Source: an uncultured Pseudomonadota bacterium
GTDB taxonomy: Bacteria; UBA10199; JADFYH01
NCBI GenBank assembly: GCA_964457215.1
Contig: CAYWGE010000003.1
Span: 1-32,361 of the forward strand
Reading direction: 5' to 3'
DNA length: 32,361 nt
The translations under genes were made by a program, and so were the position numbers. This document shows, in pieces, positions 1 through 8,762 of the stretch (within the stretch, counting starts at the first letter, position 1; each line of letters begins with the position of its first letter). The notes below the pieces were generated by a model. The model searched no databases. It saw only the letters and a list, made by a program, of their open reading frames with translations, and was not told the origin of the DNA.

Positions 1-1099
1 AAAAATTAGAGGTAATGTGTCGCCCGTAAATCGAGCTCGAGGCCCGACGATCGGCCTCACAATAATTGAAGTCGGTATCTGTTTCCCAAGTCACTAAAAA
101 GCCATCCCCATCCATATTGGGAGCGACGCGAGGACGCGTGTGTAAAGTCCAAAAAATATCGGAATCTTGAACGATGGTACGAGGGGGCGTGGTCGAATAC
201 ATGGCCCGCTCTGCTTCCCAACTCACAATTGGGCCTGGAGAACCTGAAATTAAAATGCCCTCTTCCCAATTAGGAGAAACTACCGCTAAATTTGTGGCAT
301 TCGCATCAATCAATTTGGCGATAATTCCTGAAAATCGGCTATTCGCGGGAGTAGTATTGGGAGTGCCCAACTCCCAGGTTACTAAGAAATGCCCATTATT
401 ATAAGCAACGGAAGGATTTTGCGCCACATTACACGTAGTAGGAATAGTTACTCTTGCCCATTGAGGATCGGAGTGAACCACATCGGCAAAACGGCTTGCG
501 AAGCACTGTTCCGTCATTCGCACCGTACTTAAAAGTTGGGGGGTACCTAAAGGGGCGCCATCTACGGGTACCAACTGACCATAAACATTTTTTGCACCGC
601 CAGCCTCTTCTTGATCCCAAACTACCAAATAACGATGATGATCGGGGTCATAAGCAATCGCTGGATGTGACGCATTAGAACGATCGGGCGAAATATCCGC
701 ATGCAACATCCCTTCTCCCTCATGAAATCGTGCGATTCCACCGCCGGGCAATACCCGACCACCAGTTAAAATTTCACGAATTACATCAGGACTGAGTTCG
801 ATCACTCCGCCTTGAAAGGGGGTGAGAGGATTCGCCGGACGAGTTCCTTGGGGAATGCGCGTTCCGTCGGTGGGAAGATTTGTCGCAGGATTGGTCGTAT
901 CTGTGGCTGTATTTTGTTGCTCGAGATTGACAGAGCCAATCTGTGCCTGAAAATAATTTTTAAGCTTTTGATATAAAGTGGAGTTTGCTTGCTTCGCGTT
1001 TGAGGCTACGGCACTAGAGGTATCCGCATGGGCGGCCGGCACCAAAAACAAGTTAAGACAAAACACGAATAGAGCAAAATAACGCTTAGATGAATTCAT
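1..1099 (-). CDS. Secreted repeat protein, C-terminal part cut off by the window edge
   Basis: Minus-strand frame is open from ATG 1099-1097 to the window edge. It is missing from the ORF track because it has no stop in the window. GGAGGA lies ~7 nt upstream of the ATG. The N-terminus MNSSKRYFALFVFCLNLFLVPAAHA looks like a Sec signal peptide. Three copies of a motif occur: AIAYDPDHHRYLVVWD, SVAYNNGHFLVTWE, RVAPNMDGDGFLVTWE. Confidence 0.6.
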   Translation of the reverse strand, partial: MNSSKRYFALFVFCLNLFLVPAAHADTSSAVASNAKQANSTLYQKLKNYFQAQIGSVNLEQQNTATDTTNPATNLPTDGTRIPQGTRPANPLTPFQGGVIELSPDVIREILTGGRVLPGGGIARFHEGEGMLHADISPDRSNASHPAIAYDPDHHRYLVVWDQEEAGGAKNVYGQLVPVDGAPLGTPQLLSTVRMTEQCFASRFADVVHSDPQWARVTIPTTCNVAQNPSVAYNNGHFLVTWELGTPNTTPANSRFSGIIAKLIDANATNLAVVSPNWEEGILISGSPGPIVSWEAERAMYSTTPPRTIVQDSDIFWTLHTRPRVAPNMDGDGFLVTWETDTDFNYCEADRRASSSIYGRHITSNF

Positions 1100-1321
1100 A
1101 ATTTACATCCTCCACTCTCTTTAAAAAAAAGGAGTTAACTTTTTGAACTTATTTAATATTTTGTGTTTTTGCCTGAGAAAAATACCTAGAATTCCCTATT
1201 TAATTTTCCCTTGAAAAGCAAACGAATTTAGAGAGTTCTCGGCCGAACTTGGAAAAAGTTGCGTGGTATTTAACTGTCTTAATTTAGGGTTAAAAACAGA
1301 AGAAACTAGACGCTTTATGGC

Positions 1322-2980
1322 TTACTTGATTCCGTAGGATTTTAGCTTCTCATATAAAGTGGATTTCGCAATTCCCAAGGCTCTTGCAGCCGCTTGACGA
1401 TTTCCCTCGTGAACACGAAGTTCTCGTAAAATCATCTCTTTTTCTAGGTTTTGGAGATTGGATTGAGTGGGAATAGAATTTAAAGGAAAAGAGCTTAACG
1501 CTTCTTCAGGTTCGGGAAAAAGTGAGGCGGGTGATTCAAGTTCTTTTTTTCCTATTTCCGGGCCAGTAGCCAATACAATCGCCCGTTGGACAATATTCTT
1601 AAGTTCTCGAACATTTCCTCTCCAAACCTGCGATTCTAAATAACGATTGGCTTCTTCGTTAAAACGTAATTTTTTACCCGCCGGAAGCATAGTTTTCAGA
1701 AAATGTTGGGCTAAGAGTATGATGTCTTCTTTTCGTTCTCGCAGTGGAGGAATCAAGACAGGAAAAACATAAAGACGAAAAAACAAGTCTTCTCGAAAAG
1801 CACCTTCTTTGACTTTCAACGATAAATCCCGATGCGTGGCACAAACCACTCTTACGTCAACTGAAACATCTTGATTGCCCCCTACCCTCCTTAATTTCCC
1901 CGTTTCTAAAACGCGTAACAAGGTGGCTTGAAGATCTAAAGGCAACTCTCCAATTTCGTCTAAGAATAAAGTTCCGCCTTTGGCTTGCTCAAATACACCT
2001 ATTCTTTGTTGCTGCGCCCCGGTAAAAGCACCTTTTTCATGGCCAAATAATTCACTTTGAATAAGCTCCCGAGAGATAGCCCCACAATTAATAGCAACCC
2101 AGGGTTTTAAATGACGAGGAGATAAGTCGTGAATAGAACGAGCGACTAATTCTTTTCCTGTTCCAGTTTCTCCCAGAATACAAACGGTGGCTTCGGTAGG
2201 AGCGACTTGTAACAATACACGATAAAGCTCCCGCATACTCGGGGAGCTCCCCACAATCGAACCTAGAAAATTTTCTTTCGTGGGCTCAAGCGTTTTAGTT
2301 TCGGAGAGATAGTGTAAACACAGCTGTGTTTTTCCGATTATGAGCGTACTTCCTTCTTCAAGCTGTGCCTCCCGGACTTTTACGCCATTTACCAAAGTTC
2401 CATTAGTAGAACCCAAATCGAGTAGAGAAAGATGGTTTTCTTTCACAACGATCTTGGCATGAACTTCTGAGGCATAAGAATCTTCTAAAACCAAATCACA
2501 ACTGCGCCCTTTACCCAGAGTTGTTACGGGTTGAGTAATGCGATACCGTCGTTCGGTTTTCTGTGGCTCTTTGACTAAAATTTCTAGCTGATCTGCCGTA
2601 TAAGTCTTTGCATGACTTAAGTAAGAAGCATTCACCACTAAAGTATTTTGGCCTGCGGCTTGTGAGACATAAGTCTCTTCTACTAAATTATTTTCAAGAG
2701 AAGCAGAATAAGTGAGTTGCCAGGGGCCAACTTCGAGGGAAGTGCCCTCCTGAAAAGGGGAAGACTCCACCGGTTTTCCTTTTACAATAAGAGGGAGTTG
2801 CCCCATGTTTTTAGCAAAATAAATTCCTTCGGATTGATAAATGATTAACTGAACACGAGAGATGGCTTCATCCGTTAAAATAATATCACATTCTGCACTT
2901 CGCCCAACTTTAAGGGTAGTTTGACGCAAAGGAAAACGAAGCAGGGTCTGACCACCCTGGGAAAGTAAAATTTCCGCCAT
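1322..2980 (-). CDS. Sigma54-dependent transcriptional activator (bEBP) with two N-terminal FHA-like domains
   Basis: ORF 1322..3130 trimmed to ATG 2980 (MAEILLSQ...), with GAGGGA ~7 nt upstream. FHA 1 is divergent ([22 protein letters not shown]). FHA 2 is canonical ([30 protein letters not shown]). The AAA+ core has Walker A GETGTGKE, the [13 protein letters not shown] (GAFTGA) loop and FLDEIGE. The C-terminus has a Fis-type HTH ([18 protein letters not shown]). Confidence 0.9.
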   Translation of the reverse strand: MAEILLSQGGQTLLRFPLRQTTLKVGRSAECDIILTDEAISRVQLIIYQSEGIYFAKNMGQLPLIVKGKPVESSPFQEGTSLEVGPWQLTYSASLENNLVEETYVSQAAGQNTLVVNASYLSHAKTYTADQLEILVKEPQKTERRYRITQPVTTLGKGRSCDLVLEDSYASEVHAKIVVKENHLSLLDLGSTNGTLVNGVKVREAQLEEGSTLIIGKTQLCLHYLSETKTLEPTKENFLGSIVGSSPSMRELYRVLLQVAPTEATVCILGETGTGKELVARSIHDLSPRHLKPWVAINCGAISRELIQSELFGHEKGAFTGAQQQRIGVFEQAKGGTLFLDEIGELPLDLQATLLRVLETGKLRRVGGNQDVSVDVRVVCATHRDLSLKVKEGAFREDLFFRLYVFPVLIPPLRERKEDIILLAQHFLKTMLPAGKKLRFNEEANRYLESQVWRGNVRELKNIVQRAIVLATGPEIGKKELESPASLFPEPEEALSSFPLNSIPTQSNLQNLEKEMILRELRVHEGNRQAAARALGIAKSTLYEKLKSYGIK

Positions 2981-3136
2981 AATGCATCCCTCTCTCTCGA
3001 TTACAAATACGGTAGGTAAAAATCGACTAACGATAACCTCTGCGATTGTCAAACACTTCGCAGGGGGCGTTTTCATATTAAAGCAGAAAATATGCCAGCG
3101 GGAGAATGGGCCTAAAAAGAGAATAAACAAGAAAAA

Positions 3137-3186
3137 GTGTCCGACTTTCGGACGCTTTAAAAAAAATGTGTCCGGTTTCCGGACGC
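3137..3186. promoter_or_regulatory. Two tandem palindrome-containing 19-nt sites, candidate enhancer (UAS) for the adjacent sigma54 activator
   Basis: The sites are GTGTCCGACTTTCGGACGC (3137-3155) and GTGTCCGGTTTCCGGACGC (3168-3186). Each contains a 6+6 inverted repeat (GTCCGA/TCGGAC and GTCCGG/CCGGAC). They are offset by 31 bp, about three helical turns. The second site is ~60 bp upstream of the -24 element at 3238. Confidence 0.5.
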
Positions 3187-3236
3187 CCCCTCACTCCTAT
3201 TTATCCCTATTCCTTAATAAAGATAGAAAAACAGTT

Positions 3237-3252
3237 TGGCATAGTTCCTGCT
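3237..3252 (+). promoter_or_regulatory. Sigma54 (-24/-12) promoter
   Basis: TGGCATAGTTCCTGCT has GG at 3238-3239 and GC at 3250-3251, spaced exactly as in the TGGCAC-N5-TTGCW consensus. It lies in the divergent region next to a sigma54 activator gene. The predicted +1 is near 3263, only ~2 nt before ATG 3265. Confidence 0.55.
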
Positions 3253-3264
3253 TTGTTTTCGTTC

Positions 3265-4323
3265 ATGGAAACAAAAATCGAAAAAACAAATCCACTTTCT
3301 AGACTATTCCCCCATTTACATACTCCTTTTGATAAAGTGCTCCCAAAAGAAAACGTAAAACTTCTTGCGCACGAAAGCAGGCTTAAACTTTCTCAACTCG
3401 AAAAGCGGCATTCTTTTACTTCAGATATTTCTTTTGAAATTAATCCTCCCCTTAAAAAATCTTTCGGTGATCGTGGAGGTGATTTTCTAAAAGGACTTGC
3501 CTGGGATGGGCCTAAAGAGATGGTTAGCGGGCTGATACAATTAAGTCCCTTCGATAATATCGCCCGACATGTCTCACAAGAATGGCAAGAGCCTGGATAT
3601 CATTGGAATAAATTACAAAGCGCTGAAGGTCGTAGAGAACTTTCAAAGGAACAAATGCGAGCGACTCCGGGAGTCGAAGCGGCAGAAGCTTTGGCTACCT
3701 TTGTTTTTCGCCCTATTCAAACTTTCAATGCCGCAAAAGAACATTGCAAAACGAACTGGCAGAGTGATGAGGGTAAAGGGAAAATGGCATTTGATGTAGT
3801 GAGTAGTATTTTGCCCCTCCTAAAATGGGAGAAAATAGGAAAATTAGTTCAAATTCGAAAACTAGCGTTCCCAGATCTAACTTATTTATCTCTTGAATCC
3901 AAAGTTTCAAAAATTCCCTCAGGATTTAAAAATTTAGAAGAATTTAAAGAAATAGGTTCCCAAATTTATCAAACTTTGGAAAAAAATGGTTTCCCTGATT
4001 CACAAGTCCATATTCGTGGAAGTGCTGTTACTGGAATAAACTGGAAAACAGGGAATCCTTTTGACTTTGAAAGACGAAGTGACTTTGATATCGCCATATC
4101 TAGCCCTCAGCTCTTAGGAAAAACGCAAGAAACCGGGATTATACTTCTAAACGAGCACAGAACTTGGCCTATTAAACAGACCGGTCAACTCAAAAAATTA
4201 GGCCTTTACGAATTAACTCAAACACTTCGACAACAAACTCAAAGAAAAATAAGCTTTGTTATTTACGATTCAGAGCAAACAATAACGAAACGAGGACCAC
4301 ATCTTCGTTTTCCAAAGGAGTAG
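3265..4323 (+). CDS. Hypothetical 352-aa protein with a C-terminal Pol-beta-type minimal nucleotidyltransferase signature
   Basis: ORF 3166..4323 trimmed to ATG 3265 (METKIEK...), because 3166-3264 holds the palindromes and the -24/-12 element. The C-terminal ~120 aa carry VHIRGSAVTG-x14-SDFDIAISS (GS...DxD followed by a hydrophobic strand) and a later ISFVIYDSE, a candidate third acidic residue. No signal peptide. I do not recognise the N-terminal ~230 aa. The start is uncertain because there is no SD. Confidence 0.65.
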   Translation: METKIEKTNPLSRLFPHLHTPFDKVLPKENVKLLAHESRLKLSQLEKRHSFTSDISFEINPPLKKSFGDRGGDFLKGLAWDGPKEMVSGLIQLSPFDNIARHVSQEWQEPGYHWNKLQSAEGRRELSKEQMRATPGVEAAEALATFVFRPIQTFNAAKEHCKTNWQSDEGKGKMAFDVVSSILPLLKWEKIGKLVQIRKLAFPDLTYLSLESKVSKIPSGFKNLEEFKEIGSQIYQTLEKNGFPDSQVHIRGSAVTGINWKTGNPFDFERRSDFDIAISSPQLLGKTQETGIILLNEHRTWPIKQTGQLKKLGLYELTQTLRQQTQRKISFVIYDSEQTITKRGPHLRFPKE

Positions 4324-4325
4324 TT

Positions 4326-4658
4326 ATGCGAGTAGATGATTTATACGGATTAAAGACAGGAAACTTTGAGAAAATCCGCAAACAACTTGAACGATTTTTA
4401 AGGATTACTTTTATTGCCAGAGAAAGTGAATACGATGGCAATTATTACTCTTTAGACTTCAAACAAGGTGACGAACTTATTTTTCAAACCAATTATTGTT
4501 TTGTAAATGAAAATCAGGAAGAAGAGTGGTCGGAACCTGATTTTAAAGAATTTAACATTTTGATTCGTATCGAAAATACTGAGCGTTCTGGCGAATGGGA
4601 ACTTTTCCTTAAAACAAATTTCCCAAATTTTATACTACTTAGAAAAGAGAATTATTAA
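4326..4658 (+). CDS. Small acidic, histidine-free partner protein (candidate immunity/antidote or regulatory subunit)
   Basis: The ATG lies 2 nt after the upstream TAG stop. AAGGAG (4315-4320) sits 5 nt upstream, inside the end of the preceding gene. 110 aa, rich in E/D/N/F, with no His, so no HEPN Rx4-6H motif. I recognise no family. Confidence 0.65.
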   Translation: MRVDDLYGLKTGNFEKIRKQLERFLRITFIARESEYDGNYYSLDFKQGDELIFQTNYCFVNENQEEEWSEPDFKEFNILIRIENTERSGEWELFLKTNFPNFILLRKENY

Positions 4659-4677
4659 AAATAAAAGATTATGAATG

Positions 4678-5475
4678 TTAATCAACATTCCCTGCCAACT
4701 CTTCAGCCTGGGCAATCAACTCCGGGCTCGCCTGAGCATATTCTTTAAGATAAGAAAGATCATGGCTAACTTGATCCATGCGTCCCATACTTTTCATGAG
4801 ATTCATGTGTTGAACAACGGCTTGTCCCCAATGCGAATAATCTAAGTGCTGAGTGATGAGTTGATTTAAAACCTGCTCAGCTCGGGCATAGTCCTTATCA
4901 ATCAAATGACGAAGAGCAATTTGATGTTGAAAAGAAGCGACGGCTTCAATGGTAGATTGCTCAATGCCTGCCACATCGACGTGTCGTAAAACGGGTCGTT
5001 CAAGATCCGGAATCACACTTAAAGCCGTATTCCAATCAGCCATGCGATAGTTCAAAAAAGCATTTTTCACAGCAGGAGAATTTTGGACAGAAAAACTCCC
5101 AGCCGGCCCAAAAGCTTCGTGAGTTTGTTGGCTACCCAAGCGTAAGGTGGGAAGTTCATTTTTAAAATAAAGAGCTCCCCCTAAAGTGATTGTAAAAACA
5201 GTCAAGCCGACCAAAGCGGGATGTAAAAAAGCGGCAGAAATACGCTTAAATAAAGAGATTTTGGGCTCCACTAATTTTAGAACTTTTTCATTGAGATGAG
5301 CGGGAGGATAAACATCAGGAAGATTGCGATAAAAGAGAGCTTGAGTGCTTTGAAAACCTTGAAGGGTACTTTCACAGTCGGCGCACTGAGCCAAATGAAT
5401 TTGAAGCTCTGGAGAAGAGACTTCATCTTCATAGAGTAAACTGACCAATTCGTCTTTAAAATTTTCACAATTCAT
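4678..5475 (-). CDS. Membrane-spanning zinc-binding (ZAS-type) anti-sigma factor
   Basis: N-terminal HLAQCADC (H-x3-C-x2-C) zf-HC2 motif. Single TM segment AAFLHPALVGLTVFTITLGGALYF. Starts 11 nt downstream of the ECF sigma gene. Confidence 0.8.
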   Translation of the reverse strand: MNCENFKDELVSLLYEDEVSSPELQIHLAQCADCESTLQGFQSTQALFYRNLPDVYPPAHLNEKVLKLVEPKISLFKRISAAFLHPALVGLTVFTITLGGALYFKNELPTLRLGSQQTHEAFGPAGSFSVQNSPAVKNAFLNYRMADWNTALSVIPDLERPVLRHVDVAGIEQSTIEAVASFQHQIALRHLIDKDYARAEQVLNQLITQHLDYSHWGQAVVQHMNLMKSMGRMDQVSHDLSYLKEYAQASPELIAQAEELAGNVD

Positions 5476-5486
5476 AAAACAGACCT

Positions 5487-6110
5487 TTACTTTATAAACG
5501 AACGCTCTTTTAAAGGATTAAGTTCTTTAAACCTTGATTTTTCTATATATTTTCTTAATGCCTCCATGGCATAGCGCATACGACTTTTAACAGTGTTTAC
5601 CGATACCCCTAAAATTTCAGCAATTTCTTCAAATTTTAAGCCCGATTTTTCACGCATTAAAAAGACTTCTCGTTGGTCATCGTTGATGGTTTTTAGGGCT
5701 TCTTCCAAAATTTGACGGATCTGAGCATCCGAATTTTTTTCATCGGCACCACTTCCTTCGAAGGCAATCGTATCATGTAGCGTGCGATCGGAATCTTCCC
5801 CAAAAGTATCATCCATCGACACATTTTTTCGTAAACGCTGTTTGCGGTGATGGTCGATACAAAGATTACGAACAATGGTAAAAAGCCAGGTAGAGAATTT
5901 TGCAGTGGGTTGCCAAGTCGGAGTAGCACGATGCATTTTTACAAAAACATGCTGGAAGATTTCTTCGCTATCTTGTTCATTGCCTGTATAACGTAAAATG
6001 TAAGAAAAGACGCTCTTTTTATAACGGCGAAAAATCTCTTCGAAGGCGATAGCCTGCCCTTGTTGGTATGCGCGCATTACTTCTTCATCGGAATTTGCAA
6101 GATAGTTCAT
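5487..6110 (-). CDS. ECF-type RNA polymerase sigma factor (sigma-70 group 4)
   Basis: Region 2 (FSTWLFTIVRNLCIDHHRKQ) and region 4 HTH (FEEIAEILGVSVNTVKSRMRYA). Its ATG (6110-6108) overlaps the trpA TGA (6109-6107). Confidence 0.9.
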   Translation of the reverse strand: MNYLANSDEEVMRAYQQGQAIAFEEIFRRYKKSVFSYILRYTGNEQDSEEIFQHVFVKMHRATPTWQPTAKFSTWLFTIVRNLCIDHHRKQRLRKNVSMDDTFGEDSDRTLHDTIAFEGSGADEKNSDAQIRQILEEALKTINDDQREVFLMREKSGLKFEEIAEILGVSVNTVKSRMRYAMEALRKYIEKSRFKELNPLKERSFIK

Positions 6111-6904
6111 GAAAGTACTAAAGCCTTTTTGAGTTTTCTTACCTCAGCTTCTAAAGCCTGAATAGCCTTAGTTCCTTTTTTCTTCTCCAACAAAGAAACC
6201 AGCATAGACCCCACAACTACTCCATCGCTTGCTGAAGAAAGATTTTTTGCATCGTCCGCACTCCGGATTCCAAAGCCAATGCAGAGCGGAAGAGAAATGC
6301 TCTCTTTAATTTTCGCCACATGAGTGCGAATGTCTTTTAAAGCTTGAAGACGAGTTCCCGTAATTCCCGTAACCGAAACATAATAGACAAAACCCGAAGC
6401 TTTTTGTTTAACCAAACGAATTCGACTGGCATTGGCGGTAGGAGTTAAAAGATAAATCAAATCTAAACCATTCTGATGAGCTGGTTTGTGTAGTTCATCA
6501 GACTCTTCAGGTGGGAGATCCACCACAATCAAACCGTCCACTCCGGCTTTTGCAGCCTGATGACAGAAAGACTCCAAACCAAACTGCAAAATAGGATTAT
6601 AATATCCCATTAAAATAATGGGGATTTGGGTCTTTTGTCGAAGTTGTTGAACGAGTTTCAAGATCTCTTTCAAACCTACTTGATGTTTTAAAGCGCGATC
6701 AGAAGATCTTTGAATAATGGGACCATCTGCCATGGGATCTGAAAAAGGCACTCCTAATTCGATTAAATCCGCTCCAGCTTTTTCTAAAGAAAGCACTATT
6801 TTTTCGGTGGCAGTAAGGGTGGGATCACCTGCCGTCACAAAAGTAATCAACCCTTTTTCATTTCGTTGTTTTAATTCTTTAAATTTCTTTTGAATACGAT
6901 TCAT
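6107..6904 (-). CDS. trpA: Tryptophan synthase alpha chain
   Basis: Typical TrpA sequence (ELGVPFSDPMADGPIIQ, GFVYYVSVTGITG). Last gene of the trp cluster. Confidence 0.95.
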   Translation of the reverse strand: MNRIQKKFKELKQRNEKGLITFVTAGDPTLTATEKIVLSLEKAGADLIELGVPFSDPMADGPIIQRSSDRALKHQVGLKEILKLVQQLRQKTQIPIILMGYYNPILQFGLESFCHQAAKAGVDGLIVVDLPPEESDELHKPAHQNGLDLIYLLTPTANASRIRLVKQKASGFVYYVSVTGITGTRLQALKDIRTHVAKIKESISLPLCIGFGIRSADDAKNLSSASDGVVVGSMLVSLLEKKKGTKAIQALEAEVRKLKKALVLS

Positions 6905-6907
6905 GGT

Positions 6908-8098
6908 TTAGAGTTTTACCCCTTTGAGCGCAGCCACAGTTCCCATATCTTTGTCGCCACGGCCTGAGAGATTGACGACTACAATTGCCCCGGTAGGAAA
7001 CTCTTTTGCATGCTTTTTTAAATAACCAATCGTATGGGCTGATTCAAGGGCAGGAATAATTCCTTCATAACGGGTGAGTAGATCAAATCCTTCCATCGCT
7101 TCCCGGTCGCTAATGGCAACGTAACGGGCACGTTTGGTCTCGTACAAATAGCTGTGTTCCGGGCCCACTCCTGGATAATCTAATCCGGCTGAGATAGAAT
7201 GTGTTGGTTTTACCTGGCCCTGCGCATCTTGTAATAAATAAGACTTAGCACCATGTAAAACGCCCACACCGCCACCTACTAAAGTTGCTGCGTGTAAGCC
7301 CGTATGGACACCTGACCCACCTGCCTCCACCCCAACCATTTTTACTTTTTCATCTTTTAAAAAAGGATAAAAAAGTCCCATGGCGTTAGAGCCTCCACCC
7401 ACACAGGCCACGAGAAGATCCGGTAAACGTCCTTCCGATTTTAAAATCTGTTTTCTTACCTCAGCACCGATGATCGCTTGGAAATCACGGACCATCATGG
7501 GGTAAGGATGAGGGCCTGCAACCGAGCCAATACAATAATAAGTATTTCGAATGTTGGTAATCCAATCACGCAAGGCCTCATTTAAAGCGTCCTTCAACGT
7601 TTTAGTTCCACTATTAACGGGGATAACTTTTGCGCCCAAAAGCTTCATCCGAAAAACATTTAAAGATTGGCGGTGGACATCTTCTTCACCCATATACACT
7701 TCGCACTCCAAGCCCCTGAGCGCACAAAGTGTGGCTGTGGCCACTCCATGCTGCCCTGCTCCGGTCTCGGCAATGATCCGCGGTTTTCCCATTCTCTCCG
7801 CGAGTAAAATCTGCCCTAAAGTATTATTCACTTTATGCGCGCCGGTATGGCACAAATCTTCGCGTTTTAAGTAGATGCGAAATTTTCCTAATTTTTTTGA
7901 TAAACGTTCTGCAAAATAAAGAGGAGTGGGGCGTCCGATGTAATCTTGGGCCAGTTTTTTAAATTCTTTCTTAAAAGAAGCATCTTTCTTAATTTTCTTA
8001 TAGGCTTCTTCAAGTTCTAATAAGGCAGGCATTAAGGTTTCTGCCACATAACGGCCACCGAATTGAGCAAAATGTCCTTTTTTATTGGGTAATGACAT
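6908..8098 (-). CDS. trpB: Tryptophan synthase beta chain
   Basis: [18 protein letters not shown], the PLP-lysine context [11 protein letters not shown], and GGGSNAMG. Start placed at ATG 8098 (MSLPNKKG...). The track start at 8134 is a TTG and would overlap trpF by 8 nt. Confidence 0.93.
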   Translation of the reverse strand: MSLPNKKGHFAQFGGRYVAETLMPALLELEEAYKKIKKDASFKKEFKKLAQDYIGRPTPLYFAERLSKKLGKFRIYLKREDLCHTGAHKVNNTLGQILLAERMGKPRIIAETGAGQHGVATATLCALRGLECEVYMGEEDVHRQSLNVFRMKLLGAKVIPVNSGTKTLKDALNEALRDWITNIRNTYYCIGSVAGPHPYPMMVRDFQAIIGAEVRKQILKSEGRLPDLLVACVGGGSNAMGLFYPFLKDEKVKMVGVEAGGSGVHTGLHAATLVGGGVGVLHGAKSYLLQDAQGQVKPTHSISAGLDYPGVGPEHSYLYETKRARYVAISDREAMEGFDLLTRYEGIIPALESAHTIGYLKKHAKEFPTGAIVVVNLSGRGDKDMGTVAALKGVKL

Positions 8099-8126
8099 AA
8101 TTTTTTTCTGGGCAAGGCCCGTAATC

Positions 8127-8762
8127 CTAAACAATTCTTAGGTGGACCGCCTTTGCCTTGGTAATAAACTCTTCCATCTTTGCCAAATCTTTTTTACCAG
8201 GCATTTTTTCAATGCCACTCGCCACATCCACTGCATAAGGCTGAACCGTCGCAATGGCCAATTGTACATTTTCTGGTTTTAAGCCCCCTGCTAGAAAAAC
8301 CTTTTTGCCATAATCTTTTGCGCGACTGGCTAAGTCCCAATTGGGTCTTAACCCTGTTCCACCATATTGTCCAGGAACGTAGGAATCTAAAAGAATATAT
8401 TCTGTAGGATAGAGAGAAATTTTTTCAAGGTCCGCTTCTGAATCGATGCGAATTGCCTTCATCCATTGGCGCCCGAGCTTTTGGCAAAACTCAGGATTTT
8501 CGTCTCCATGAAGTTGAATCATGTCGAGATTCAAAAACTGTCCGTAATCAATGAGAGTTTGGTAGTCTGGGTTCACAAAAACCCCTACTTTGGGAATATT
8601 GGGAGGGATCTCTTCAAAGATGCGTTCAGCCTCTTCAAACTCTAAAAAACGGGGAGATTCAGGATAGAAATTAAACCCGAGATAATCAGCCCCCATCTCA
8701 ATGGCTGCAAGCGTATCTTCTAAATTAGTGAGCCCACAAATTTTAACAAGCGTCGTATCCAT
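8127..8762 (-). CDS. trpF: Phosphoribosylanthranilate isomerase
   Basis: VKICGLT...[16 protein letters not shown] is typical of PRAI. Position in the trp cluster supports the call. Confidence 0.9.
   Translation of the reverse strand: MDTTLVKICGLTNLEDTLAAIEMGADYLGFNFYPESPRFLEFEEAERIFEEIPPNIPKVGVFVNPDYQTLIDYGQFLNLDMIQLHGDENPEFCQKLGRQWMKAIRIDSEADLEKISLYPTEYILLDSYVPGQYGGTGLRPNWDLASRAKDYGKKVFLAGGLKPENVQLAIATVQPYAVDVASGIEKMPGKKDLAKMEEFITKAKAVHLRIV

Noticed and set aside
57-678. Four short track ORFs (57..269 -, 174..404 +, 429..620 -, 454..678 +)
   Set aside because: All lie inside, and out of frame with or antisense to, the long open minus-strand frame 1..1099. That frame has a signal peptide, an SD and repeat structure. 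The short ORFs have odd composition and no start context.
2982-3302. 106-aa plus-strand ORF, plus the 5' extensions of the track ORFs 1322..3130 and 3166..4323
   Set aside because: They run through the divergent control region (palindromic sites and the -24/-12 element). They lack an SD. The internal ATGs at 2980 and 3265 give sensible N-termini.
3569-4441. Short ORFs 3569..3799 +, 3725..3910 - and 4259..4441 -
   Set aside because: They are embedded out of frame or antisense in the two cassette genes. They have no SD and low-complexity or odd composition.
4673-4690. GAATGTT-AATC-AACATTC hairpin between the convergent 110-aa gene and the anti-sigma gene, as a bidirectional terminator
   Set aside because: It is only a 7-bp AT-rich stem that overlaps the anti-sigma stop codon, with no clear U-tracts. 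That is too weak to call.
5277-5929. Same-strand out-of-frame ORFs 5277..5468 and 5693..5929
   Set aside because: They are fully nested in the anti-sigma and ECF sigma genes, whose frames carry clear family motifs.
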